A stretch of DNA of 64,000 bases from Verrucomicrobiia bacterium (GTDB taxonomy: Bacteria; Verrucomicrobiota; Verrucomicrobiia; Palsa-1439): contig DATJBF010000046.1 in NCBI GenBank assembly GCA_035515475.1, positions 917 through 64,916 on the forward strand, in the 5' to 3' direction. Position 1 is the stretch's first letter, and each line of letters begins with the position of its first letter. Shown here piece by piece: positions 10,020-20,756 of this stretch. Below the pieces are notes generated by a model. It was given only the letters and a program-made list of their open reading frames with translations. It was not told the origin of the DNA and ran no database searches. The translations under genes and the position numbers were made by a program.

Positions 10020-10253
10020 GGACAATGCTAGCGTAGGGCATTGAACACCGCAACCGTGCAAAGGTTGCGCCAGCATCGTGGTTGATCGGCTTCAGTGATG
10101 AAGAGCGCCCCAGCGGCGAACAGTATACCGGAGAGCCAATCCTCCCGCCGCCCGGCAAACTTATGGAAGTCCCGGAGCCCGGGGCAGCGGATGGTGGCTG
10201 CCGCGAATTCTTGACTTGCCGGCCGTTCGGTCTATGGTTCACCTGCCTAACGG

Positions 10254-10736
10254 TTGCAGTTGACAACTAATATGGTCGCCACGGTTGACAGGTGCGCTCG
10301 CGACGTCATGGACACGGTCCCGTTGATCCTGCGGTTCATTCGTTCCCAAATGCGCCGGCACCGGATTGCGGGTCTGTCGGTCACGCAGTTCCGGGTGTTG
10401 CTGTTCATCAGCCGCTGTCGTGGCTCTTCCCTGTCCGCCGTGGCCGATCACGTGGGATTGTCGCTGCCCTCGGTGTCGCGGATGGCGGACAATTTGGCAA
10501 CTCGCGGCCTGCTCGTGCGGCGGCCGCGACCTGACGACCGCCGCGGGATTTCGCTCAGGGTCACACCGCGTGGAGAGAGAGCGGTGCGCGCGGCACTCAA
10601 TGCCACGCAAGCGGATTTGGCGGAGAAACTCGGCAGGCTGAACGGCCAGCAACGGACGGTGGTCGTCCGCTCCATGCAGGCGTTGCGGCCGGTGTTTGCG
10701 AGCCCTCTCTCGCCAAAGCGGAGATCGGCAGGGTGA
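10254..10736 (+). CDS. MarR-family transcriptional regulator
   Basis: Winged-HTH LSVTQFRVLLFI...LSLPSVSRMADNLATRGLLVRRPRPDDRRGISLRVTPRGE. Sits immediately upstream of the RND pump genes. Confidence 0.85.
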   Translation: MQLTTNMVATVDRCARDVMDTVPLILRFIRSQMRRHRIAGLSVTQFRVLLFISRCRGSSLSAVADHVGLSLPSVSRMADNLATRGLLVRRPRPDDRRGISLRVTPRGERAVRAALNATQADLAEKLGRLNGQQRTVVVRSMQALRPVFASPLSPKRRSAG

Positions 10737-10740
10737 CACG

Positions 10741-12000
10741 ATGACGAAGAGCAACCAACTTCAGAACAACCGGCAGTCGGACCAGTACACCATTGCCCGG
10801 GATGATTCTCCCGCTGGCCAACCGAAGAATGCGGTGCCGATGTCCAGCCGGCGGAAACGGATGCTGGTCGGCGCCTTGGCTCTGGTGTTCGTCCTCGGCA
10901 TCCTGTGGGTCATCTACAGAAACCACGCGGCTTCCAGTAAACGGGCGGCATTGGCCCACGCCGGACCGCCTCCCGTGCCGGTAGTGTCCGGCCGGGTCGT
11001 CCGAAAAGACGTCCCGATCTACCTCGATGGACTGGGCACGGTCCAGGCGCTCAACACCGTGACCGTCCATGTCCAGGTCGACGGCCAACTCCAGAAGATC
11101 GCGTTTGTCGAGGGACAGGACGTACACGTGGGAGATCTGCTGGCGCAGATCGATCCTCAGCCATTTCAGGCGCAGTTGGCGCAGGCCGAAGCCAGGAAAG
11201 CGCAAGATGAAGCCCAACTTGCTGAGGCCCGGCTCGATGAGCGACGAGACAGCGAGGAGTTGGCGGCCAAGATCATCGCGCAGCAGGTGTATGACCAGCA
11301 GAAGGCCCTAGCCAATCAGCTTGCCGCAACGGTGAAAGCCGATCAAGCGGCGATCGACATCGCCAAGGTGCAGCTTGCCTATACCACGATTGTCTCGCCC
11401 ATCGATGGTCGGACTGGTATTCGATTCGTCGACCAGGGAAACATCGTACACGTCACCGACCCGAACGGTCTCGTGGTGATCACCCAACTGCGTCCGGTCT
11501 CGGTCGTGTTCACCCTGCCCGAGCAGACGCTGGGTGAGATCCAGGAACAACACGCCTCGGGTGCCATCGCCGTCTTGGCCGTCGGTCGTGACAACAGCAC
11601 CGTGTTGGACGAAGGCCAATTGGCGGTGATCGACAACCAAATCGACACCACGACGGGCACAATCCGGCTCAAAGCGACTTTTCCCAACGCGGATCTGCGG
11701 CTGTGGCCGGGCCAGTTTGTGAATGCGCGGCTGTTGCTGACGACACGCAAAGGCGGACTCGTCGTTCCCGCCTCCGTGGTTCAGCGGGGACCGGAAGGAC
11801 CGTACGCGTTTGTGATCGGGCCCAACCTGACCGCCGAAGTCCGCCCCGTGAAAGTGGCGCAGATCGCGCAGGGCCAGGCGTTGATCGACGAAGGCCTGCG
11901 CGCCGGAGAATCGGTCGTCGTCGATGGCCAATACCGGTTGCAGGACGGCTCGCGGGTGAAAATCAACTCCTCGGGCAAAGCCGGCGATTCCGAACCATAG
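10741..12000 (+). CDS. RND efflux periplasmic adaptor subunit (MdtA/AcrA-like)
   Basis: N-terminal transmembrane anchor, then lipoyl/beta-barrel segments (TVQALNTVTVHVQVDGQLQKIAFVEGQDVHVGDLLAQIDPQPFQAQL...). Confidence 0.85.
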   Translation: MTKSNQLQNNRQSDQYTIARDDSPAGQPKNAVPMSSRRKRMLVGALALVFVLGILWVIYRNHAASSKRAALAHAGPPPVPVVSGRVVRKDVPIYLDGLGTVQALNTVTVHVQVDGQLQKIAFVEGQDVHVGDLLAQIDPQPFQAQLAQAEARKAQDEAQLAEARLDERRDSEELAAKIIAQQVYDQQKALANQLAATVKADQAAIDIAKVQLAYTTIVSPIDGRTGIRFVDQGNIVHVTDPNGLVVITQLRPVSVVFTLPEQTLGEIQEQHASGAIAVLAVGRDNSTVLDEGQLAVIDNQIDTTTGTIRLKATFPNADLRLWPGQFVNARLLLTTRKGGLVVPASVVQRGPEGPYAFVIGPNLTAEVRPVKVAQIAQGQALIDEGLRAGESVVVDGQYRLQDGSRVKINSSGKAGDSEP

Positions 12001-12012
12001 CGGCGAAGCGGC

Positions 12013-15000
12013 GTGAACATTTCCGCGCTATTCATCCAACGGCCGGTGGCCACGTCGCTGTTGATGACCGGCGTGCTGCTGATGGGATTGCTGGGGTACA
12101 TGTTGCTGCCGATCTCGGCTCTGCCTTCCGTTGACTTTCCTACGATCGAGGTGGTGGCCCAGTATCCCGGGGCGAGTCCGGACGTGATGGCTTCCTCGGT
12201 CACAACACCGTTGGAGCGGCAATTCGGTCAAATCAGCGGCTTGGCGCAGATGACCTCCCAAAGTTCGTTTGGCACATCGACCATCATCCTCCAGTTTAAT
12301 CTGGACCGGGACATCGATGCTGCTGCACAAGATGTCCAGGCCGCCATCAACGCCGCCGGCGGGGTTCTGCCGGCCAACATGCCGAATCCACCGACCTACA
12401 ACAAGGTGAACCCCGCTGATACGCCCATTCTCACTTTGCAGATCACCTCAGGCACTCTGCCGCTGGAAAAGGTCAACGACTTGGCTGATACCGTCCTGGC
12501 ACAAAAGCTCAGCGAAGTGAGCGGGGTTGGACTCGTCACCATCGAAGGCAACCAGAAACCCGCTGTCCGCGTCCGCATCAATCCGGCGGTGATCGCCGGG
12601 CTGGGGCTGAGCCTTGAAGACGTGCGCACCGCGCTAATGCAGAACAATATCAACGCGCCCAAGGGCAGCTTCGACGGCGCGCGCCAAGCCTATGCGATCG
12701 GCGCCAACGACCAGATTCTGTCCGCGGCGGAGTATAAACCCATGATCGTGGCCTATCGCAGCGGTCGGGCCATTCGTCTCGGCGACATCGGCGACGTGGT
12801 CGACAATGTGGAAAACGTGCGGCTGGCCGGCTGGGTGGGCAACCAGCCATCGGTCATCCTGGACATCCAGCGACAACCTGGGGCCAACATCATTGAAACC
12901 GCGGACCGCGTCAAGGCGCTGTTGCCAAGGCTGCGCGCATCGATTCCGCCAGCGGTGAAGGTGTCGATCCTGTCGGACCGCACGGAAACGATTCGGGCAT
13001 CGGTCCACGACGTGCAATTCACGCTGATCCTCACCGTGTTTCTGGTTGTCATGGTGATGTTCATTTTCCTCCGAAAATTCTGGGCCACGGTCATCCCGAG
13101 TGTCGCGCTGCCGCTGGCCGTGATCGGCACGTTCGGGGTCATGAAGCTGGTCGGGTTCAGCCTCGACAATCTTTCGCTGATGGCCCTGACGATCTCTACC
13201 GGGTTCGTTGTCGATGATGCCATCGTGATGATCGAGAACATCGTCCGTTTCATCGAAGCCGGGGATCCCCCGTTGGAGGCGGCCCTCAAGGGCGCGAAGC
13301 AAATCGGCTTCACGGTCATCTCGTTGAGCGTGTCGCTGATCGCCGTGTTCATTCCGCTGCTGTTCATGACCGGCATCGTCGGGCGACTGTTCCGCGAATT
13401 TGCCATCACGTTGAGCGTGGCGGTGGCCTGGTCGGCCATGGTCTCGCTCACGCTGACGCCGATGATGTGCGGCCGGTTGCTGAAGCCGGAGAAGGAAGAG
13501 CATCACGGCCGGCTCTTTCATTGGAGCGAGCGGATGTTCAAAGGCTTGCTGGACGGGTACGACCGCGGCCTTCGCTGGGTGCTGCGACACCAGGCGCTGA
13601 CGTTGGGCGTTGCCATCGCGACCTTAATTGCCACGATCGGGCTGTACATCATCGTGCCCAAAGGGTTGCTGCCGCAGCAGGACACCGGCATGATCATCGG
13701 CGTGACCGACGCCGCGCAACCCATCTCGTTCAAAGCGATGGTCGAGCGCCAGCGGACCCTCGCCGAGGTCGTGCAGAAGGATCCCGACGTGGTCAGTGTC
13801 GCCTCGTTTGTCGGTGCCGGCACGGTCAATGCCACGATGAACACCGGCCGGCTCTACATCAACCTCAAACCGCGAGACCAACGCCGGGCCAGTGCCACGG
13901 CGGTCATTGACCGGTTGCGTGCGGCGACTGAGAACGTCGAGGGAATTTCCCTGTACATGCAGGCGGTGCAGGATGTCCAGATCGACAGCCGCATTAGCCG
14001 CACCCAGTATCAATACACGCTGGAGGATACCGACGCGGCCGAGTTGTCGCGCTGGGCGGACAAATTGCTCGCCAAGCTTCGCACGTTGCCGGAGTTGACT
14101 GATGTGGCCACCGATGAGCAGAACGGCGGCCTGGAACTGGCAATTGACGTCGATCGCGACACCGCCTCGCGCCTGAATGTTCTGCCACAGGCCATCGACG
14201 ACACGCTCTACGATGCGTTCGGGCAGCGCCAGGTATCGATCATGTTCACCCAGCTCAACCAGTACCGGGTCATTCTCGAAGCCGAACCGCGGTTTCAGAT
14301 GGCGCCCGCGTCGCTGGACAAGATTTATGTCAAGTCCACCACCGGCCAGATGGTGCCGCTCAGCGCGTTCGCCCGGCTGTCGACGCGGACCGCTCCACTG
14401 GCAATCGTGCATCAAGGCCAATTTCCGGCGGTGACGTTGTCCTTCAACTTGCAGCCGGGCAGTTCGCTCGGCGCGGCGGTGGACGCCATCCAACGGGCCG
14501 GGGCCGAAATCGGCCTGCCCGAAACGGTGATGACAACCTTCTCTGGCAGTGCCGCCGAGTTCCGCTCATCGCTCAAGAGCGAACCGTTCCTGATTCTGGC
14601 GGCAATCGTCGTGATCTACATCATCCTCGGTGTATTGTACGAGAGCTACATTCATCCGATCACGATTCTTTCCAGCCTGCCCTCGGCGGGCGTCGGCGCG
14701 TTGTTGGCGCTGTTGGTCTGCCGGATCGACTTTTCGATGATCGCGCTGATCGGGATCATCCTGTTGATCGGGATCGTGCAGAAGAACGCGATCATGATGA
14801 TCGATTTCGCGTTGGATGCGGAGCGCACGGAAGGATTGCCGCCGGAGAGATCGATCTATCAAGCCTGCCTGCTGCGCTTTCGCCCCATCATGATGACGAC
14901 GATGGCCGCGTTGCTCGGGGCGGTGCCGCTGGCGCTGGGAACCGGCACCGGCTCGGAGTTGCGCCGCCCGATGGGCATCTCGATCGTCGGCGGCTTGCTG

Positions 15001-15144
15001 TTGTCGCAGACCCTCACGCTGTACACGACGCCCGTCATCTATCTTTACTTGGATCGCTGCGGAAAATGGATCCGCCAGCGGCGCGCTTCCGCAGGCTTAC
15101 CCGCGAGCGAATTGACTGTCGATACCGATCCCTCGGTGTCATGA
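12013..15144 (+). CDS. RND multidrug efflux permease (MdtB-like)
   Basis: 1043 aa with 12 transmembrane segments plus large periplasmic loops, with AcrB/MdtB-like motifs throughout. Confidence 0.9.
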   Translation: MNISALFIQRPVATSLLMTGVLLMGLLGYMLLPISALPSVDFPTIEVVAQYPGASPDVMASSVTTPLERQFGQISGLAQMTSQSSFGTSTIILQFNLDRDIDAAAQDVQAAINAAGGVLPANMPNPPTYNKVNPADTPILTLQITSGTLPLEKVNDLADTVLAQKLSEVSGVGLVTIEGNQKPAVRVRINPAVIAGLGLSLEDVRTALMQNNINAPKGSFDGARQAYAIGANDQILSAAEYKPMIVAYRSGRAIRLGDIGDVVDNVENVRLAGWVGNQPSVILDIQRQPGANIIETADRVKALLPRLRASIPPAVKVSILSDRTETIRASVHDVQFTLILTVFLVVMVMFIFLRKFWATVIPSVALPLAVIGTFGVMKLVGFSLDNLSLMALTISTGFVVDDAIVMIENIVRFIEAGDPPLEAALKGAKQIGFTVISLSVSLIAVFIPLLFMTGIVGRLFREFAITLSVAVAWSAMVSLTLTPMMCGRLLKPEKEEHHGRLFHWSERMFKGLLDGYDRGLRWVLRHQALTLGVAIATLIATIGLYIIVPKGLLPQQDTGMIIGVTDAAQPISFKAMVERQRTLAEVVQKDPDVVSVASFVGAGTVNATMNTGRLYINLKPRDQRRASATAVIDRLRAATENVEGISLYMQAVQDVQIDSRISRTQYQYTLEDTDAAELSRWADKLLAKLRTLPELTDVATDEQNGGLELAIDVDRDTASRLNVLPQAIDDTLYDAFGQRQVSIMFTQLNQYRVILEAEPRFQMAPASLDKIYVKSTTGQMVPLSAFARLSTRTAPLAIVHQGQFPAVTLSFNLQPGSSLGAAVDAIQRAGAEIGLPETVMTTFSGSAAEFRSSLKSEPFLILAAIVVIYIILGVLYESYIHPITILSSLPSAGVGALLALLVCRIDFSMIALIGIILLIGIVQKNAIMMIDFALDAERTEGLPPERSIYQACLLRFRPIMMTTMAALLGAVPLALGTGTGSELRRPMGISIVGGLLLSQTLTLYTTPVIYLYLDRCGKWIRQRRASAGLPASELTVDTDPSVS

Positions 15145-18100
15145 ATGTTTCCGAGCCATTCATTCGCCGCGCGGCGGGGACATCCTTGTTGGCGGCAGGC
15201 TTATTTCTGCTGGGCATCGTGGCGTATCGGTTCCTGCCGGTCGCGGCGATCCCGCGGGTCGATTTTCCCATGATCTCCGTTTCGGCGTCGTTGCCGGGCG
15301 CGGACCCGGAGACGGTGGCCAGTTCACTCGCCGCTCCGCTGGAACGGCGGTTGGCCCAGATTTCCGGCGTCACCGAGCTCACCTCCGTCAGCACCCTTGG
15401 CGGCACGAGTATTACGATCCAGTTCGACCTGAACCGTAATATCGACGGCGCAGCACGCGACGTGCAGGCGGCGATCAACGCCGCCGCCAGCGAGTTGCCC
15501 ATCAACCTCCCGAACCCACCGACCTACCGGAAAGTGAACCCGGCGGACGCGCCGATCATGGTGCTGGCGATGACTTCCGACACCTTGCCGTCCTCACAAG
15601 TGTACGAGTATGCCGACACCATCGTCGGCCAGAAGCTCAGCCAGGTGGAGGGCGTCAGTCAGGTGCTCATTCCCAGCGCGGAAAAATCGGCCGTGCGCGT
15701 TCAGGTCAACCCGGCAGCGCTGGCCTCAACCGGATTGAGTTTGGAGGATGTCCGCTCGTTTCTCGGGCAGATCGCCGTGGATCAGCCCAAGGGGAGCCTG
15801 GACGGTCAACAGACCTCCTACACGCTGGTAAGTAACGACCAATTGCAGGAAGCCCGGGAGTTTCGGCCGCTGATTCTTGTCCAACGACACAACGTTCCGA
15901 TCAAGCTCACCGCCCTGGGCAAGGTCGTCCAGGGCGGTGAGAATGCCCGGCTGGCGGGTTGGGCAGGCACGAAGAGAGCCGTGCTGCTCATTGTGTTCAA
16001 GCAGGCCGGGGCCAACGTCATCGAGACGGTGGACCGCATCAAGGCGCAAATGCCCCAGCTCGAGAAATGGATTCCGCCGTCGGTGAAACTCTCAGTGTTG
16101 AATGACCGGACGGTGACGATTCGCTCCTCGGTGTCCGACGTGGAAGTGTCCCTCTTGGTCAGCATCAGTCTCGTGGTGATGGTGATCTTTTTGTTTCTGC
16201 GGCGGCTGTGGCCGACGTTCATCGCCTGCGTGACCGTGCCGTTGGCGTTGGCCGGCACATTCGCCATCATGTACCTGCTGCATTACAGCGTGGACAACCT
16301 GTCGTTGATGGCGATCACCATCTCTGTTGGGTTTGTGGTCGATGACGCCATCGTCGTCATCGAGAACGTGTACCGATACATCGAGCAGGGCCAACATACG
16401 ATGGAAGCTGCGCTGAACGGGGCCAAGCAGATCGGGTTCACGGTGATCTCAATCAGTACGTCGCTGGTCGCGGTCTTCATTCCCCTGCTCTTCATGGGCG
16501 GGCTGATCGGTCGGTTGCTCCACGAATTCGCGGTGACCCTCAGCCTCGCGATTCTGGTGTCCGGCATCGTCTCCCTGACGGTGACGCCGATGATGTGTTC
16601 GCGATTTCTGAAGCCCGAGTCGGCTTACAAAACCGAGGGGCCATTTTATCGGGCGTGTGAAAAGGCGTTTAACTGGATGCTCGCGGGTTACGAGCACGGC
16701 CTCAAGTGGGTGTTGCGCCACCAAGGGTTCATGCTGTTGGTCGCCCTGGCAACTCTCGTCGCCACCATCGGGCTGTACCTGGTCGTGCCCAAGGGCTTTT
16801 TCCCGCAACAGGACACCGGCGTGATGTTCGGCACCACCGAAGCGGCACAGGATATTTCCTTCACCGCCATGGCGCGGCTCCAGCAGCAGGTCGCCCGAAT
16901 TGTTCTGGCCGATCCGGCCATTGACACGGTGGGCTCGTTCATCGGCGGCGGTGGCGGCTCGACCCTCAATAAGGGGCGCATGTTCATCACCCTCAAACCT
17001 CGCTCGGCCAGAAAGGTCGGCGTGGACGAAGTCACCCGGCGGCTCCACCGCAAACTGGCCGACGTGGCAGGCATTACGTTGTACCTGCAACCGGTTCAGG
17101 ACATCCGAGTCGGTGGACGGCTGAGCGCAGCGCTGTACCAGTACTCGTTGCAGTCGGCCGACCTGGACGCGCTCAATCATTGGTCCTCCCTGCTGGTGAA
17201 CAGACTCCGCACAATCCGGCAGCTGACGGATGTCAACAGCGATCAGCAAATGCGCGGCTTGCAGAGCAACGTCGTCATCGATCGCGATTCCGCGGCCCGT
17301 CTCGGCGTTTCGCCAGAGGCCATTGACAACACGCTGTACGACGCCTTTGGCCAGCGGCAGGTGGCGACCATCTACGAGAAATACAACCAGCACCACATCG
17401 TCATGGAAGTCGATCCACAGTATCAACTGGATCCGTCCTCGCTGAATAAAATCTACGTGGCCTCCAACACGGGGCACCAGGTTCCGCTCTCGAGCGTGGC
17501 GAAGTTTACGACGAGCAACACTGCTTTGTCCGTCAATCACCAGGGCCAGTTCCCCGCCGTCACCCTCTCGTTCAATCTGGCTCCCGGAGTCTCACTGGGT
17601 CAGGCGACGGAACTGATCCAGAACGCCGCGCAAGAGATGAGAATGCCGTCGAGCGTGCAGGGCAGCTTCCAGGGCACGGCCCGGGTGTTTCAATCTTCAC
17701 TGGCCACCACTCCCTTGCTGTTGATTGCGGCGCTCATTGCGGTGTACGTGGTTTTGGGAATGCTCTACGAGAGCCTGATCCATCCGATCACGATTCTCTC
17801 GACACTTCCCTCGGCGGGCGTCGGCGCCTTGCTGGCAATGATGTTTTTCGGGTTCGATCTTTCGCTGGTATCGTTTATCGGCATCATTCTGTTGATGGGC
17901 ATCGTCAAGAAAAACGCCATCATGATGATCGACTTCGCGTTGGAGGCCGAGCGGCACGAAAAGTTAAGCCCCGAGAACGCGATCTATAAAGCCTGCGTCA
18001 TCCGTTTCCGCCCGATCATGATGACGACGATGGCGGCACTGCTGGGCGCTGTCCCGTTGGCCATCGGACTCGGAACCGGCTCCGAGCTGCGCCAGCCACT

Positions 18101-18245
18101 GGGGATTGCCGTCGTGGGCGGCCTGCTTTTCTCCCAGGTGCTGACGCTGTATACCACGCCGGTGATCTACCTCGCCTTTGAACATCAACGGCAGAAATTC
18201 CGTCTCCGACGCCTGCAGGCTGTGGGCGAACCCGTCCCGGCATGA
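15141..18245 (+). CDS. RND multidrug efflux permease (MdtC-like), second tandem copy
   Basis: Paralogous to the upstream permease (MNVSEPFIRRAAGTS...). The ATG at 15141 overlaps the upstream stop (ATGA). Confidence 0.9.
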   Translation: MNVSEPFIRRAAGTSLLAAGLFLLGIVAYRFLPVAAIPRVDFPMISVSASLPGADPETVASSLAAPLERRLAQISGVTELTSVSTLGGTSITIQFDLNRNIDGAARDVQAAINAAASELPINLPNPPTYRKVNPADAPIMVLAMTSDTLPSSQVYEYADTIVGQKLSQVEGVSQVLIPSAEKSAVRVQVNPAALASTGLSLEDVRSFLGQIAVDQPKGSLDGQQTSYTLVSNDQLQEAREFRPLILVQRHNVPIKLTALGKVVQGGENARLAGWAGTKRAVLLIVFKQAGANVIETVDRIKAQMPQLEKWIPPSVKLSVLNDRTVTIRSSVSDVEVSLLVSISLVVMVIFLFLRRLWPTFIACVTVPLALAGTFAIMYLLHYSVDNLSLMAITISVGFVVDDAIVVIENVYRYIEQGQHTMEAALNGAKQIGFTVISISTSLVAVFIPLLFMGGLIGRLLHEFAVTLSLAILVSGIVSLTVTPMMCSRFLKPESAYKTEGPFYRACEKAFNWMLAGYEHGLKWVLRHQGFMLLVALATLVATIGLYLVVPKGFFPQQDTGVMFGTTEAAQDISFTAMARLQQQVARIVLADPAIDTVGSFIGGGGGSTLNKGRMFITLKPRSARKVGVDEVTRRLHRKLADVAGITLYLQPVQDIRVGGRLSAALYQYSLQSADLDALNHWSSLLVNRLRTIRQLTDVNSDQQMRGLQSNVVIDRDSAARLGVSPEAIDNTLYDAFGQRQVATIYEKYNQHHIVMEVDPQYQLDPSSLNKIYVASNTGHQVPLSSVAKFTTSNTALSVNHQGQFPAVTLSFNLAPGVSLGQATELIQNAAQEMRMPSSVQGSFQGTARVFQSSLATTPLLLIAALIAVYVVLGMLYESLIHPITILSTLPSAGVGALLAMMFFGFDLSLVSFIGIILLMGIVKKNAIMMIDFALEAERHEKLSPENAIYKACVIRFRPIMMTTMAALLGAVPLAIGLGTGSELRQPLGIAVVGGLLFSQVLTLYTTPVIYLAFEHQRQKFRLRRLQAVGEPVPA

Positions 18246-18315
18246 CGCGGGTTGTCGAACGGCGCGAGCCTGGACTTGTCCCCGCCTCGTCGCACGTGGT
18301 AGATGCCTGTGCATC

Positions 18316-19944
18316 ATGAGCGGTTCTCATTCCTGGAATTTATCCGCCCGTACGTTGTCGAGGAACTTCAACGGGCGATGGCTCGCCTGTCTCTGCGTGC
18401 TGCTCGGCGTTTCGGTCTCCGCAGCCGCGGTGGCGGACGATCAATTTCAAATGCCGCAGGTCAAGGAGCCGGCGATTCCCGCACGGGTTGTGAATCTGGC
18501 CGACGTCGGCGGAAGACCAGACGGGAAAACACTCAACACGGAAATCATCGCCCGGGCCGTTTCCTCGCTGGCCGAGAAGGGCGGCGGGAAACTCGTGGTT
18601 CCGGCAGGGATCTGGCGCACGGGCCCGATCCGCCTCCAAAGCAACCTCGAACTGCATTTGGAGGAGGGCGCATTGGTTCAATTCACGTCCGACTTCAAGC
18701 AGTATCCCGAAGTGACGTTCGACGTGAGGGGCGAGAAGGAAACGCGGTTGATGTCCCCGCTCTATGGCGAAAACCTGCAGAACGTCGCCATCACCGGGCG
18801 CGGCGTGTTCGACGGCGCGGGCGACGCGTGGCGGCCTGTAAAAAAAATCAAGATGACCGCGAGACAGTGGAAACAACTGCTGGCCTCGGGCGGCGTCCTG
18901 GAGGATAACGGCAACATCTGGTGGCCTTCGGAGGAAGCCCGGAAAGACCGGCGACCGGTTCTGTTGAAGCTGGTGAATTGCCGCCAGATCCTGCTGCAGG
19001 GCGTGACGTTCCAAAACTCGCCGATGTGGAATCTGAATCCAACCCTGTGCGCGGACGTCACGATTCGCGACGTGACCGTGCGCAACCCGTGGTATTCGCA
19101 GAACGGCGACGGCCTCGACCTCGAACATTGCCGCAAGGTCGTCGTGCGCAACTCGCGATTCGACGTGGGCGACGACGCCATCTGCCTCAAGTCGGGTGCC
19201 AACGAGAAAGGCCACCGCATCGGCGTGCCAACCGAAAACGTGCTGGTCGAGGATTGCATCGTCTATCACGGCCACGGCGGGTTCACCATCGGCAGCGAAA
19301 TGTCGGGCGGCGTGCGCAACATCCGCGTCAACAATTGCCTGTTCATGGGCACCGACGTCGGGTTGCGGTTCAAAAGCCAGCGGGGCCGCGGCGGAATCGT
19401 CGAGAAGATCTACATTTCCAACGTGCGGATGACGGACATCGCAACCGACGCAATCGGCTTCAACATGTATTACAGCGGCCAAGCCCCGCTCGACGAAAAC
19501 GGCGACCTGACGACGGGCGAATCAAAGGCGGTGCCGGTGAGTGAAGAGACGCCGCAATTTCGCGACATTTATTTCGACGACATCGTTTGCCGTGGCGCGC
19601 GCTCGGCTGTCGTGCTTGAAGGTCTTCCCGAAATGCCGATCCGCGGCGTCCATTTGCACAACGTCTCGATTACTGCTGAACGCGGCCTGGCCTGCATGGA
19701 TGCGGAAAACATAACGTGCGAGAACGTGGAGATCCTAAACAGCAAAGGTCCGGTGGTGAATCTGTTCGACACGAAGAACGCCGTGCTGGATCACCTGATT
19801 TTTCCGAAAGGCGCGGAGGCGGTCATCAAAGCCCAGGGCGACAAGAACGGTGGCATCGTCATCCAGAACACCGACCTCAAATCCGCCGCGAAAGATTTCA
19901 TCCTGACCGGTGGGGCCACCACAAACGCGTTTCAGATCAAATAA
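18316..19944 (+). CDS. Glycoside hydrolase family 28 (polygalacturonase-like), secreted
   Basis: Signal peptide, then GH28 catalytic motifs NPWYSQNGDGLDLEHC, RFDVGDDAICLKSG and GHGGFTIGSE, with parallel beta-helix repeats. Confidence 0.8.
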   Translation: MSGSHSWNLSARTLSRNFNGRWLACLCVLLGVSVSAAAVADDQFQMPQVKEPAIPARVVNLADVGGRPDGKTLNTEIIARAVSSLAEKGGGKLVVPAGIWRTGPIRLQSNLELHLEEGALVQFTSDFKQYPEVTFDVRGEKETRLMSPLYGENLQNVAITGRGVFDGAGDAWRPVKKIKMTARQWKQLLASGGVLEDNGNIWWPSEEARKDRRPVLLKLVNCRQILLQGVTFQNSPMWNLNPTLCADVTIRDVTVRNPWYSQNGDGLDLEHCRKVVVRNSRFDVGDDAICLKSGANEKGHRIGVPTENVLVEDCIVYHGHGGFTIGSEMSGGVRNIRVNNCLFMGTDVGLRFKSQRGRGGIVEKIYISNVRMTDIATDAIGFNMYYSGQAPLDENGDLTTGESKAVPVSEETPQFRDIYFDDIVCRGARSAVVLEGLPEMPIRGVHLHNVSITAERGLACMDAENITCENVEILNSKGPVVNLFDTKNAVLDHLIFPKGAEAVIKAQGDKNGGIVIQNTDLKSAAKDFILTGGATTNAFQIK

Positions 19945-20756
19945 TGTGGGAGGGGCCTCCGTGCCCCGACCGGATGTGCTTCGTGGCTGTCATCCTGCTT
20001 GTCCGCCGTAGCTTGAGCGAAGGCGGAAGCGAAGCGAAGGATCTCTGTCGTTGAAGCCGAGAGCGCAGAGTACTCACCACGAAGAGCACGAAGAGCACGG
20101 AGCTGTTGATTGCTGATAGACTTCTCCCTTCATCCCCTTGCGCTCGGCTTCCCGTACTTCTTACCTGGCTTCTCACGCACCACGGTCGTTTCGGCGCCGA
20201 GAAACCAGCCGCGGCGACGATTCAACATCTGGTGATATCTCTTGCGCCCCACGCGTCGCGCCTCCTGCTGGAGTCCGGAACGAATACGGCGCACTTCGGT
20301 GACAGCTTTGGGTTCTTTCCCGGTCTTCATAACCCCATGACTACTTGTGGTGTTTCCACGCGGATCGCCGGATACGGTTCAAAGTTTCCCCAAGCAAGCT
20401 CCAGGTATTCCCTCAAGAAGATTGTCATTTGAGAGCATGACCTTTCAGGTAATATATCATTTTGAAAACTGAACGCTTCACAATACGATTCCTGTATGGC
20501 ATGTTTCACCCGTGCCTACCCGCGTAAGGAAGGAAAAGACAAAGGTGGGCGCCCTGGAAGGAACCGCTATGATTGCGCTTCGTATCTTTGCGCAAGCGAC
20601 CGGGCACCGGATCGGGCCCAATGACCTTGGAGCCGTCGCACTTGGGAAGCCGGGAGCAAGTAAGAGCGGAACAACGAGAACAGCTAAACTCTCTGGGTGA
20701 AGAGCGCAGAAAGATTCTAGGAAACGCCGCTCAAGCACGATGACCAAGGAAATAGC

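Noticed and set aside
10200-10253. TTGACT-16-TATGGT promoter-like hexamers and ACGGTTG(C)A repeats upstream of the MarR gene
   Set aside because: Plausible sigma-70 promoter and MarR operator, but cannot be confirmed by sequence alone. Not listed as a feature.
12634-13590. 318-aa minus ORF. Similar long antisense ORFs at 13624..14493, 16449..17540 and 15818..16270.
   Set aside because: All lie opposite the RND permease genes and are His/Arg/Asp-rich low-complexity.
18340-19482. 380-aa minus ORF
   Set aside because: Antisense to the GH28 gene, which has a clear catalytic-motif frame.
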